Part shown: one piece after another, positions 12,523 to 24,065 of the stretch
How the letters are laid out: every line of letters starts with the position of its first letter
Position numbering within the stretch: the first letter of the stretch is position 1
Source: Macrostomum hystrix
Taxonomy: Eukaryota; Animalia; Platyhelminthes
Reading direction: 5' to 3'
Assembly: GCA_950097015.1 (NCBI GenBank)
Contig: CATNEN010000025.1
Location: 4,588,001 to 4,652,000, forward strand
Length of the DNA stretch: 64,000 nt
Notes under the pieces: model-generated
Told to the model about the DNA's origin: nothing
Databases searched by the model: none
Seen by the model: the letters and a program-made list of their open reading frames with translations, nothing else
Translations under genes and position numbers: made by a program

Positions 12523-12986
12523 ATGTCTACTTCGTTGCTGCTTCCGCTTCTCTTAGGCGCCGTTGCTATGCGGTTGCCAGGTGAAGGACAGGCTCTGTTT
12601 CTTCTAGACGAAATCTGGTCGGAAATGCCAACGAGGGTGTTGCACCACCTAAGCGCTCCTGGCATCGATGATGACTGCGATCGCGCGGCGCCTGAGGTCA
12701 TCCCAGTCGAGGGCTACTTCAAGTTGACGACGGCGCCATCGCCGCCTGGTCGCAGGAAGATCTGCCGCACTCCCCTAGTACCATTCGGAGCGCCTGTTGA
12801 AGATGCTCGTGGAGTCGGGTTCTGGTTTATGCGACTCCGGGTGACCAGGCTGGCACCGGGACAGTTCCTGTGGGTGGTGAACACCGACTATGAGAACAGG
12901 CACGCCATGAGGGTGGGCAATGACCAGCGGATCGACCTCAGCCACAATTCGCACCAGTATCCTGTTGTGCTGTATCTGAATTACAG
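12523..12986 (+). CDS. CUB-like/LDLa single-pass receptor, coding exon 1 (gene 12523-15042, 637 aa)
   Basis: ATG at 12523, signal peptide MSTSLLLPLLLGAVAMRLPGEGQA, beta-rich CUB-like segment. Donor AG|GTGAG at 12986/12987 (phase 2). Confidence 0.85.
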
Positions 12987-13044
12987 GTGAGCACGATCTA
13001 GACACAGAGACAAACATGAGCAGCTTAAGAGTTATAAGCTAGAG

Positions 13045-13275
13045 CTGTGGCCGCTAGCCCGTCATTCGGTGACAGTAGATTCACTGCCAGTGCGAGGCAT
13101 TTGTGCCCATTCCACTGACTCCTGAGCACACACGCATGCTGGTACCGTACGCAGGCAAACAATTACACAGGGTTGGCCCCCAACTCTTCTCAGCAGCTCA
13201 TCGGCTCAAGTGATTACAGCCTCGCCGGGGAACCGAACTCGGAACCTTGGTGCGAGCGTCCGATGCTTTTACTGC
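13045..13275 (-). mobile_element. Diverged SINE family A-like copy in intron
   Basis: The 3' block CCCATTCCACTGACTCCTGAGCACAC and the 5' block GAACCGAACTC.GAACCTTGGTGCGAG match family A. Confidence 0.55.
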
Positions 13276-13284
13276 TCGGCCCAT

Positions 13285-13460
13285 CATCCCTGCAGCTAAT
13301 CATAAGGCTGCGTACAACTGTTCAGTCTATGGACTGGGGGAGAAAGCCACACACACAACTTATACAATCCGTAATTTAAGTACCTCTGCTCAGGGATAAA
13401 AATACGAGCGGAGATTCGAACTCCGAACCTCCTGGTCAGCAGCTCCAACCACCAGTCTAC
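13285..13460 (-). mobile_element. tRNA-derived SINE, family B copy
   Basis: Core TACAACT.TTCAGTC.ATGGACTG is shared with ~21510, ~33340 and ~38250. Reverse B box GAGATTCGAACTCC at ~13421. Confidence 0.55.
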
Positions 13461-13592
13461 AATCAGAACAGAGCTACGAGCAATCTGTAGCGGCTCTGTT
13501 CTGGCTTGCTCACCGTCGGACACATCTACCACACGCGTGTTTGTAAAGCGAATCTCAAGACGCAAAACATGCTTCCGCTCCTAAACCCGCAG

Positions 13593-15042
13593 ATACGTCC
13601 GCCTCTTCTGGAACAGCAGCGCACCGGCCAGGCTGCAGAACCCAGTCAACATTACCGCGGCCGCCTACGCCCGCTTCAGGGAGGACCTGAACCAGACGAT
13701 CAGACGGGAGCTCTGCCGTCAGCACGGCCACGTCTGGTGCCAGCGCAGTCAGCAACCGGACGGAGTCTGCATCGCGCACGGTGCCTGCTCTCAGAATGAC
13801 GACTGCTTCGACTCTTTCGATGAGCCGAACCGTTGCCCAGTTGGCGGCTTCGGCGGCGGCAATCTGACCGGCTGGGGTAGCAGCGACGGCTCCAGAGGGG
13901 CCCAGTCCACCACCGAATGGCTGCTGCGTCGGCTTCGCTGGCTGGCCTTCGCCGCGCTGCCGCTGGCTCTCGTAGCCGCCCTGGCGCGTCTCTGCGCTCA
14001 GCAGCGCCGGCTGGACATTGACGAGAACTACAACTACAAGCCAGATGAGACGGATGGGGGAGAAGCTGAGGCTGCCGCCGCGGATGAGGAGGCGGAAGTC
14101 GACGACGAGGATCGGCCTCTGTCGGAGGTGGCGGCCGGCGGTGGTGCAGACGTCTACTACTCTTACCCGTCAGGCCCACCGACTCCGCCCGGCAGAGCGG
14201 CGACCGTGGCCACCCTGGCCGCCTCCGCAACGGTGATTCCACCACCGCCACCTCAACTGCTGGCCAGGTCGACTCCGACAGCCAGTAGCAAAGCCAGCGA
14301 CAGTGTGGACAGCGAGACTGGTGAGCGAGACCGTCGAAGCCGCGATGACAGCGCTAGCGGCAGCGGCAGCAACAGCAGCAGCAGCAGCGTCCAGTTAGCC
14401 CCAACTCCGCCGCCGAGAAGTCGACGCCGGGAGAGCCAGTTGTGCCGTCTAGTTGAGGAGGATCGAGTATCGCCTCTGGTTGACTTCGTTGAGTCAGAGA
14501 AGACAGCCGACGGTGCTTCAACCGAGCTCAAAGCCGAAGTCTGCTTGCGTCGGAGTTTGCGTTCGCCGGCCGTTGCGGTCACTGCCGCAGTAGCCAGCGG
14601 CGACTACACCGAATGGCGCAGCCGTCGCGCTTCCGTGCCATCGGCCTCCGTAGCGGCAACGTCGTCGCGTTGCAGCTACACGAAACTGCTAAACCAGCCA
14701 TCGCCGGACACCATTGAGGAACTCCTCCGCCGGTCGGCGGCGTCCGAATCATCGCCAGATCGAGTGGTGTACGCCCAGCTCGTGCTGCCGCCGCCGTCGA
14801 CGCGTCGCCCTCCGCCGCCACCACGAGCAGCCACTAGCCAGCAGCAGCCGAGGACGCCGCTGTTGCACTTCAGAGCTCCGTCAGCGCCAGTAGCGGAACG
14901 CGGAAATGAAACGCTGCTTGAGATGCAGCCGTTGGGGGCGATGCGACCGCCGGCGACGCCCTCTCGCTCTAAGGCGGCACAGCGGAGGCTGCCTGGCGAC
15001 CTCTGGACAGATCCCTACGATTTGCACTACATTGTGGTGTAG
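13593..15042 (+). CDS. CUB-like/LDLa single-pass receptor, coding exon 2 (end of CUB-like domain, LDLa, TM, cytoplasmic tail)
   Basis: Acceptor CCGCAG|A at 13592/13593 completes the phase-2 codon. The frame is open to TAG 15042 and in frame with ORF 14128..15042. Contains the 6-Cys module CRQHGHVWCQRSQQPDGVCIAHGACSQNDDCFDSFDEPNRC and the hydrophobic segment WLAFAALPLALVAALARLC. Joined CDS is 1914 nt. Confidence 0.85.
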
Positions 15043-15127
15043 ACACTGTGACTATCGCATTTGTAAATCTTCCTTTGGAGGTCAGACGTGATAAATTTTT
15101 ATGAGAAATCCGGAAAAATGTTGCTAT

Positions 15128-15415
15128 GGCACATTTTTTGGTGACAATAGACCCGCAGTCCAATTCTGCCCATTCTGCTGACTCCTGAGCATACGCTCAC
15201 ACAGGTGTTTACATCTGCCCTGACCTTCTCATCGTCAGGCAGTGTACACTTCACTGTGCCTTGGAGGTTGGCCCACAAGGGCGTCAATTGCACGACAAGC
15301 CCTCAAGCCTTCTCTCCGCGGCTGCGCCTCAAATAAATGTGGCCTCGCCGTAGAATCGAACTTAGGGACCTTGGTGCGAGAGGCAAACGCGTTAACCGCT
15401 CTGCCACTCAACCCC
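15128..15415 (-). mobile_element. tRNA-derived SINE family A, antisense, in the likely 3' UTR
   Basis: Reverse complement of the family A head and body; nearly identical to 25691-25917. Confidence 0.9.
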
Positions 15416-16314
15416 TCTTCTAGCGCTCCTCGTAATTTTATAATTTTTTAAAAACTTTTTCAAATTGGTCCTTTGAAGTTGATAGGGTTCTCATTCTTCT
15501 GCTATCCGTTAATATTAATGCATATATAATGCGCCTCCTCAGAAGACAAGGTAGGGAAGATTGGCCTCTTTAAGTCGAGCATTGTAAATAATATTTCTCC
15601 TCCCTAGCAGCTGTTGCCTCGCTTGATTTCATGCACCCCAGTCGTCGTGGTCTTAATTAACATGCTTGTGAGCATTCGCAAATACTTTTCATGAAGCTAA
15701 ATACAATGCGACCTGTTGCGGTATCTCATGAACGATGATGTGAGTGAATTGCAAATTTTATGATTTTAATGATTTTATCAGCTATCTTCATCGCTGAATG
15801 AGAAATTGTTTCTTTAAATTCAAGATTACAATTTGTTTTTAATTGGTCCGAAGCTCTGACCCCATTACATCCCATTACACAGTAGCAGAACTGATAAGTA
15901 GCTTTCGACGCACAAAAAGTGGAAGAAGAAGCCCCGTTGTTTTAAAACTAGAAGGATAACAACCAAAAATGCTACTAACAGCGGTACAGTACGAGTCTTA
16001 TCTTACTGTTCTCGCAGCTCTCACCGAACCGGATCTAACTACTGCAAGTAATGCGCACAGTTCTAGGATTGCAACTGAATGCTTTGCCTTGTATGAGCCG
16101 GTGGCCAATCACAATGCTGGCCAAGCACAAGTTTGGGATACAGATTTTCTCACGATTAAGTACGGCTTAGCCCCTCTTACCCAGTGTTAGTGACGCATTT
16201 CTATAGGCTCCGGGCTAGAGTCCAGGATTATCGCCAGAATTCTGCATTAGTAAAGAGTAGAAAAGGGATAAAGAGGAGTCTATCGAATCTGTTTGAGAAC
16301 ACAGGAAATTAGGC

Positions 16315-16471
16315 ATGCAGTTGACTCTGGGGCTTTGCCTGCTGCTGCTGGCCCTAGCCCAGCTCATCAGCCTGACAGACATGGCCGGGGCCTCTAGAGC
16401 GAAAAATCTTGGAACGGCGGCGTCCAACCGTAACTCCGACACGGGACACTCGGGAATGGCCGGCTCGGAGG
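16315..16471 (+). CDS. nAChR alpha-type subunit, exon 1 (gene 16315-29718, 7 exons, 568 aa)
   Basis: Signal peptide MQLTLGLCLLLLALAQLISL. Donor G|GTGAGT at 16471/16472 (phase 1). Confidence 0.8.
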
Positions 16472-16496
16472 GTGAGTGCCGGTCATGCCGGTCAGC

Positions 16497-16945
16497 CGGG
16501 AGGATACGATAGCTGTCCAAGGGAGGGCGCGACAGCTGTCCAAGGGAGGGCACGACAGTAGTCAAAGGGAGGAAATCCCAGCTGTCCAAGGGAGGATACG
16601 ATAACTGTCCAAGGGAGGACATCACAGCTGTCCAAGGGAGGACATCACAGCTGTCCAAGGGAGGACATCACAGCTGTCCAAGGGAGGACATCACAGCTGT
16701 CCAAGGGAGGACATCACAGCTGTCCAAGGGAGGACATCACAGCTGTCCAAGGGAGGACATCACAGCTGTCCAAGGGAGGACATCACAGTTGTCCAAGGAG
16801 GGCACGATAGCTGTCAAATTGAGGACATCACAGCTGTCCAAGGGAGGGTACAATGGCTGTCCAAGGGAGGGCACAATGGCTGTCCAAGGGAGGGCACAAT
16901 GGCTGTCCAAGGGAGGGCACAATGGCTGTCCAAGGGAGGGCAATG
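16497..16945. repeat. 23-bp minisatellite filling nAChR intron 1
   Basis: Unit AGCTGTCCAAGGGAGGACATCAC; period seen at 16621 and 16644. Confidence 0.95.
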
Positions 16946-16965
16946 ATGCTGTTTCATGCGCGCAG

Positions 16966-17144
16966 GGGGGACTCGACTCACAGCGGAGTGCGCCGACCAC
17001 TGCAAGCGCCGGCGCTGCTCAAATGAGCAGGCAGCTAAAGAGGCTCTGCTGTGCGGCTACGACCGGACCTCGAGGCCCGTAGTGAACGACAGCACGCAGA
17101 TTCGGGTGCACATTGCTGTGGCCCTGTTTCACATTCTGGACACT
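16966..17144 (+). CDS. nAChR exon 2
   Basis: Acceptor CGCAG|GG (phase 1). Encodes ..EALLCGYDRTSRPVVNDST..LFHILDT, matching the Y-x4-RPV motif. Donor GTGAGT at 17145. Confidence 0.92.
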
Positions 17145-17189
17145 GTGAGTTTGCGGCCGTTGTGTTTTTAGTGAGTGAGTTTATTTAGG

Positions 17190-18770
17190 TCTGTAGGTGT
17201 TTAATGTAATCCTGTTCGAGTTTAGTGTTTGTCCTGAATGTGTTTGATGTAATCCTGTTCGAGTTTAGTGTTTGTCCTGAATGTGTTTGATGTAATCCTG
17301 TTCGAGTTTAGTGTTTGTCCTGAAGGTGTTTGATGTAATCCTGTTCGAGTTTAGTGTTTGTCCTGAATGTGTTTGATGTAATCCTGTTCGAGTTTAGTGT
17401 TTGTCCTGAATGTGTTTGATGTAATCCTGTTCGAGTTTAGTGTTTGTCCTGAATGTGTTTGATGTAATCCTGTTCGAGTTTAGTGTTTGTCCTGAATGTG
17501 TTTGATGTAATCCTGTTCGAGTTTAGTGTTTGTCCTGAATGTGTTTGATGTAATCCTGTTCGAGTTTAGTGTTTGTCCTGAATGTGTTTAATGTAATCCT
17601 GTTCGAGTTTAGTGTTTGTCCTGAATGTGTTTAATGTAATCCTGTTCGAGTTTAGTGTTTGTCCTGAAGGTGTTTGATGTAATCCTGTTCGAGTTTAGTG
17701 TTTGTCCTGAAGGTGTTTGATGTAATCCTGTTCGAGTTTAGTGTTTGTCCTGAATGTGTTTGATGTAATCCTGTTCGAGTTTAGTGTTTGTCCTGAAGGT
17801 GTTTGATGTAATCCTGTTCGAGTTTAGTGTTTATCCTGAAGGTGTTTGATGTAATCCTGTTCGAGTTTAGTGTTTGTCCTGAATGTGTTTGATGTAATCC
17901 TGTTCGAGTTTAGTGTTTGTCCTGAAGGTGTTTGATGTAATCCTGTTCGAGTTTAGTGTTTGTCCTGAATGTGTTTGGTGTAATCCTGTTCGAGTTTAGT
18001 GTTTGTCCTGAAGGTGTTTGATGTAATCCTGTTCGAGTTTAGTGTTTGTCCTGAAGGTGTTTGATGTAATCCTGTTCGAGTTTAGTGTTTGTCCTGAAGG
18101 TGTTTGATGTAATCCTGTTCGAGTTTAGTGTTTGTCCTGAATGTGTTTGATGTAATCCTGTTCGAGTTTAGTGTTTGTCCTGAAGGTGTTTGATGTAATC
18201 CTGTTCGAGTTTAGTGTTTATCCTGAAGGTGTTTGATGTAATCCTGTTCGAGTTTAGTGTTTGTCCTGAATGTGTTTGATGTAATCCTGTTCGAGTTTAG
18301 TGTTTGTCCTGAAGGTGTTTGATGTAATCCTGTTCGAGTTTAGTGTTTGTCCTGAATGTGTTTGGTGTAATCCTGTTCGAGTTTAGTGTTTGTCCTGAAG
18401 GTGTTTGATGTAATCCTGTTCGAGTTTAGTGTTTGTCCTGAAGGTGTTTGATGTAATCCTGTTCGAGTTTAGTGTTTGTCCTGAAGGTGTTTGATGTAAT
18501 CCTGTTCGAGTTTAGTGTTTGTCCTGAATGTGTTTGGTGTAATCCTGTTCGAGTTCAGTGTTTGTCCTGAAGGTGTTTGATGTAATCCTGTTCGAGTTTA
18601 GTGTTTGTCCTGAAGGTGTTTGATGTAATCCTGTTCGAGTTTAGTGTTTGTCCTGAATGTGTTTGATGTAATCCTGTTCGAGTTTAGTGTTTGTCCTGAA
18701 TGTGTTTGATGTAATCCTGTTCGAATTTAGTGTTTGTCCTGTAGGTGTTTGATGTAATTCTTTTCGAGTT
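17190..18770. repeat. 43-bp minisatellite (~37 copies), nAChR intron 2
   Basis: Unit GTGTTTGATGTAATCCTGTTCGAGTTTAGTGTTTGTCCTGAA(T/G). Confidence 0.97.
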
Positions 18771-18928
18771 CACAGTTTGTTGCCCGCAAAGCTTATCAAG
18801 ACACGCTATTTATGTCTATTCCCAGCGCACAAAGCCATCTAGATAAAAGTGCAAGCTATATTAAATGATTGAATAAAAATAACAATCAGTTGCCGACGTT
18901 GACTTCTGAGAATGGTGTCAAATTTCAG

Positions 18929-18973
18929 GACGAGAAGCATCAGACATTTTCGGCTTTGATGTCGATTAGATTG
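18929..18973 (+). CDS. nAChR exon 3 (45-nt exon, absent from the ORF track)
   Basis: TTTCAG|GAC..TTG|GTGAGT, encoding DEKHQTFSALMSIRL. Corresponds to the 45-nt DEKNQ exon typical of nAChR genes. Confidence 0.92.
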
Positions 18974-19454
18974 GTGAGTGATCTGCTTCTTTATTAAGCT
19001 CTCCGTGGCCTTACACGGTTTATATATTCGATTCCTCCTTTGACAGAACTGCCAGGTCTTCTTCTTGTTAATTCTTAATGCTACGAGTAAGATTCTAGTT
19101 TCTTACCCAGGTTCTTAAAAAAGTTCCGACGGGAAAACAATTACGTCAATTATGTTGGTTTTTGTCACTGAAACTGTCTGCTTCCATCTCTGTCGGGTAA
19201 ATTGCTGCTGCTGCAAATTGGTCTGGTTAGACAGTTGACAGCAGTTTTGTGCTCAGCCTTGTGCTCAAAGCAAGATTTGTACTTTATGAGTAAAAACTCA
19301 GCTGCTATAGACAAGTGGAAGCGAATGGGATGAGCCGGTCAGGCAGTGTCCTGTATTTAGATTCATGGCACCGTTCCACCGTTCTATAATGGTCAACTCA
19401 GTTATATTCAATTCCTTTCCGCTTCTATCTCAGTTTAAATCACCCAATTCAACT

Positions 19455-20113
19455 AACCTATTCTATTGTATTCCAATCTGATCTATTGTTTCCTTTTCAA
19501 TTCTATTAATTCTATAGTATTCTATTTTATTCTATTCTATTCTATCCCTTTCTATTATATTATATTCGATTATTCTAATTTACTCTATTCTATTCTGTTC
19601 TATTCTATTCTATTCTGTTCTGTTCTATTCTGTTCTATTCTATTCTTTTCTATTCAATTCAATTCTATTCTATTCTATTTTATTCCATTCTATTCTATTC
19701 TATTCTATTCTATTCTATTATATTCTATTCTGTTATATTATATTCTATTATATTCTATTCTGTTATAGTATATTCTATTCTATTCTATTCTATTCTATTC
19801 TATTCTATTCTATTCTGTTCTATTCTATTATATTCTATTCTATTCAATTCTATTCTATTCTATTCTATTTTATTCCATTCTATTATATTCTATTCTATTA
19901 TATTCTATTCTATTATATTCTATTCTGTTATAGTATATTCTATTCTATTCTATTCTATTCTATTCTATTCTATTCTATTCTATTCTATTCTATTCTGTTC
20001 TATTCTATTCTATTCTATTCTATTCTATTCTATTCTATTCTATTCTATTCTATTCTATTCTATTATATTATATTATATTATATTCTATTCTATTCTATTC
20101 TATTATATTATAT
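19455..20113. repeat. (TATTC)n pentanucleotide array ending ~14 nt before the exon 4 acceptor
   Basis: Long TATTC/TATTA run. Confidence 0.95.
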
Positions 20114-20127
20114 TGCATGAATTGCAG

Positions 20128-20237
20128 CGCTGGACAGACGAGTACCTCAGGTGGGATCCGCTGGAGTACAACGGCACCACAAATTTGCATATCCCATCGA
20201 GCGCAATTTGGACTCCGGACATCGTTATCTCAAACAG
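20128..20237 (+). CDS. nAChR exon 4 (110 nt, absent from the ORF track)
   Basis: TTGCAG|CGC..AG|GTGAGT, encoding RWTDEYLRWDPLEYNGTTNLHIPSSAIWTPDIVISN (WxPD motif). Confidence 0.95.
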
Positions 20238-20621
20238 GTGAGTTCGCGCAGGCATTTTTTACCTAATCTGTCTATTTAAACGGCTGCAGTTTGACAAAGC
20301 GGCGGAAATCCTTTGATGTCGTTTGGCTTAATTGCGTTGGCGAGTCGCTGTTTTTGTGAAACATTTTTATTGATAATTTTACCACCTCTCCCAACCCATC
20401 CCTCACCCTACCTGGTGCCATTCAGCTAAATTGTTAGATGTGATCTCTAATGATATCTAATAACGCTGGCTTCGAAAATGAAATTTGTTAGCTTCTTTTT
20501 TTGTTGGTGAGTTTTGTTACCTAGGGCAGCCAATAACTTCAAAGTTTTTATCGGCTTGTTCATGTCAATTTATCTAATTATTATCTGTGAGGGAGGAGAA
20601 GAGACAGACTGATAGATATAT

Positions 20622-21478
20622 GTGAGAGTGATAACAGATAATAGTGAGAGTGATAACAGATAATAGTGAGAGTGATAACAGATAATAGTGAGAGTGATAA
20701 CAGATAATAGTGAGAGTGATAACAGATAATAGTGAGAGTGATAACAGATAATAGTGAGAGTGATAACAGATAATAGTGAGAGTGATAACAGATAATAGTG
20801 AGAGTGATAACAGATAATAGTGAGAGTGATAACAGATAATAGTGAGAGTGATAACAGATAATAGTGAGAGTGATAACAGATAATAGTGAGAGTGTCAGAT
20901 ATCAGTGAGAGTGATGGAAGATATTTGTGAGAGTGACAGATATTAGTGAGAGTGATGGCAGTTAATTGTGAGAGTGACAGATATTTGTGATAGTGACAGA
21001 TAATTGTGAGAGTGACAGATATCAGTGAGAGTGACAGATATTAGTGAGGGTGATGGCAGATAATTGTGAGAGTGACAGATATTTGTGAGAGTGACAGATA
21101 ATTGTGAGAGTGACAGATATATGTGAGAGTGACAGATATTAGTGAGAGTGATGGCAGATATTTTTGGAGTGACAGATATATGTGAGAGTGATGGCAGATA
21201 TTTTTGGAGTGACAGATATATGTGAGAGTGACAGATATATGTAAGAGTGACAGATGTATGTGAGAGTGATGAAAGATAATAGTGAGAGTGTCAGATATCA
21301 GTGAGAGTGACAGATAAAGGTGAGAGTGACAGATATAGGTGAGAGTGACAGATAAAGGTGAGAGTGACAGATAAAGGTGAGAGTGACAGATAAAGGTGAG
21401 AGTGACAGATAAAGGTGAGAGTGACAGATAAAGGTGAGAGTGACAGATAAAGGTGAGAGTGACAGATAATAGGTGAGA
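20622..21478. repeat. 22-bp to 19-bp minisatellite, nAChR intron 4
   Basis: GTGAGAGTGATAACAGATAATA grading into GTGAGAGTGACAGATAAAG. Confidence 0.95.
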
Positions 21479-21499
21479 GGGCGGTTATTGTGCGGCTCT

Positions 21500-21620
21500 T
21501 CCGAATGCTGTATACAACTTTCAGTCCATGGACTGGGCAGGCCGCCATATCCCACCGAACTGCGATTCGAATCCCCGACCTCTCGGTTAGAATTCCAAAG
21601 CTTTAAAACGGAACCGTTAA
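21500..21620 (-). mobile_element. SINE family B fragment
   Basis: TACAACTTTCAGTCCATGGACTG core plus reverse B box GATTCGAATCCCC. Confidence 0.55.
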
Positions 21621-22040
21621 GTTATTTAGCTGGCAGTGCATGTCAACTTCGCAGCAAGAAGCGAAAATAAGCCTTCAAGCCGTGATAATTTTTCTTTAGT
21701 TTCGTAACAAAAAGCACAAATATTGACATTATTGTCAATAAGACAGTAAATCAATTATGATAATTATAACTTTGTGGCCCCGGACACGGTACACTCGAAT
21801 GAGTAGTCAAAGATAAGAAAGTGTAGGGCAAAAATCGATAATTTGTCACTTTGCCTGTCTGCGCGTGTGAGCTGAGAGACTTTGATTTGGCCGCGCACTG
21901 GCCTCACTATGCATGATGAACAGCTTGAGATCGAAGTTACTGGAAAGATTTTCTGTCAAGATCTGATACGAGCGACTTTTATGCCTGTTTGTTTAGACCA
22001 AATGCACGCTAGCTGGATCTTTCAATCAGTGACTTCGCTA

Positions 22041-22708
22041 AGGGACAGAGAAGGAGAGTGACATAGAAGGAGAGAGTGGCAGAGAAGGAGAGAGTGACAG
22101 AGAAGGAGAGAGTGGCAGAGAAGGAGAGAGTGACAGAGAAGGAGAGAGTGGAAGAGAAGGAGAGAGTGACAGAGAAGGAGAGAGTGGCAGAGAAGGAGAG
22201 AGTGACAGAGAAGGAGAGAGTGGCAGAGAAGGAGAGAGTGACAGAGAAGGAGAGAGTGGCAGAGAAGGAGAGAGTGACAGAGAAGGAGAGAGTGACAGAG
22301 ACGGGGGAGTGACAGAGAAGGAGAGAGTGACAGAGAAGGAGAGAGTGGAAGAGAAGGAGAGAGTGACAGAGAAGGAGAGAGTGGCAGAGAAGGAGAGAGT
22401 GACAGAGAAGGAGAGAGTGGCAGAGAAGGAGAGAGTGACAGAGAAGGAGAGAGTGGCAGAGAAGGAGAGAGTGACAGAGAAGGAGAGAGTGACAGAGACG
22501 GGGGAGTGACAGAGAAGGAGAGAGTGACAGAGACGGGGAGTGACAGAGACTGGGGGGAGAGTGACAGAGACTGGGGGAGAGTGACAGAGACTGGGGGAGT
22601 GACAGAGACTGGGGGAGAGTGACAGAGAAGGATAGAGTGATAGAGACTGGGGGAGAGTGACAGAGACTGGGGGGAGTGACAGGGAAGGAGAGATTGACAG
22701 AGAAGGAT
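22041..22708. repeat. 18-bp purine-rich minisatellite
   Basis: Unit GAGAGTGACAGAGAAGGA; explains the ERVTEK ORFs. Confidence 0.95.
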
Positions 22709-23854
22709 TGGGTAACAGAAAATGAGTAACCGAGTGATGCCCGATTTGTCGTGTAAGCACGTTGTTGACTGATTTGGTTACATTTTTAGTGGTCGCATAA
22801 ATTTAAAGTTCTTTTTTTGAGTCAGTGCATTGATTTGTATAGAGCAAATAAGCATCAATAATGCTTACTGGTTTGGCGTCCTATCTGGACCAAATATTAA
22901 AAATGTTCTGTGAAGTATCTTTCCATCGATTCAGCAATATAAGGAAGGTTGCTTTGTTTTAACGAGCCAGTATTTTTAGGTAGAAAAAATGCAGAAGCGA
23001 ACAAAAGGATTGGCAGAGCTCGGATGCTGGAAAAGCAGAGGTAACAATCCAACTCAGCGAAAACTCAGCTTTTTCTCTGTCAAAGCAGCAGAAAGTAAAA
23101 AAGAGGGTCCAAAATTTCTGTTCACCACATTGTCCGCTTCTGAATTTTCCTCAATTTTCGTCCGTTACCAGAAATTTTAATTCAGCATCCCTTAGATTGC
23201 CAGTTTCATCTTATTGAAAAAACGAACTATGATTTCTTACATCACTTAAAGTTAGCTGTCTATCTCTCTAAGCCTTTATAAAACAGAAATAATGCATTGA
23301 AGTACATGAGAGAATTTGTCCAAAAAGTACAATTCATCCATGTGCAAAATATACAATATGGTCATTGTTCTGAACCATTGTCTCCTACATTCTGGAGGGC
23401 ACTTATTCCCAAAGACGGCGAATATTTTACTCTAATCCCTGTTCTCGGATTTTGCTAATGGATACTATTGGATACGCCATACTGTAGCATAAAAGCCAAA
23501 CTGATGGAGTCAAAAGCGGAAATCGATTAAACACACTTGGTGAGCAATACAAGGTGTGTCAGTAATAAGCAACTGAACAACAAAGACAAATATGCTAGTG
23601 GTATTTCATAATGCTCACATTTTTCTTATTTCTGTATCTCCCAAAATATTCAACCAACCCATATTTAAATTTTCCTCCTTGTTCGATTAAACTTCTTCCA
23701 GAATCACGAAACAAGTATCACAATATTCAAATTTTCCTCCGTGTTCGATTAAACAACTTCCAGAATCACGAAACATCACCATCGTCGAGATATTCATTTT
23801 GTACATTTGTACACCATTCATTGTGTAAATCTCCTGGCATCTCTTGCCCTCAGC

Positions 23855-24065
23855 CCAATGCTGATTGGCTAATTTGATCTCTTAAAACCTACAGCTTTTT
23901 ATTTCCTACTCCTAGCTAAGCGCTGATTGGCTGATAGAAAATCAAAACCTCCACGACCATTTTTCACATCTCTAACTAAGCGATGATTGCCCGACAAAGA
24001 GCAACTTGAATTTATTTAGCCTCTCTTACCCCTACTAAGCGCTGATTGGCTGATAAAAAAACTAA
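23855..24065 (-). promoter_or_regulatory. Four ~60-bp degenerate repeats each carrying a CCAAT-box-like motif
   Basis: CTGATTGGCT (reverse AGCCAATCAG) at 23861, 23923 and 24042, with a degenerate copy at 23983. Function is unproven. Confidence 0.35.

Noticed and set aside
13700-14824. Minus-strand and alternative-frame ORFs over GC-rich exons (also 29115-29693, 32739-33331, 39680-40788)
   Set aside because: Shadow ORFs of real coding exons, caused by high GC; no recognisable motifs.
17190-18770. CRISPR-like appearance of 41-43-bp repeats (also 7646-8281)
   Set aside because: Units are head-to-tail without unique spacers, the context is eukaryotic, and there are no cas genes.
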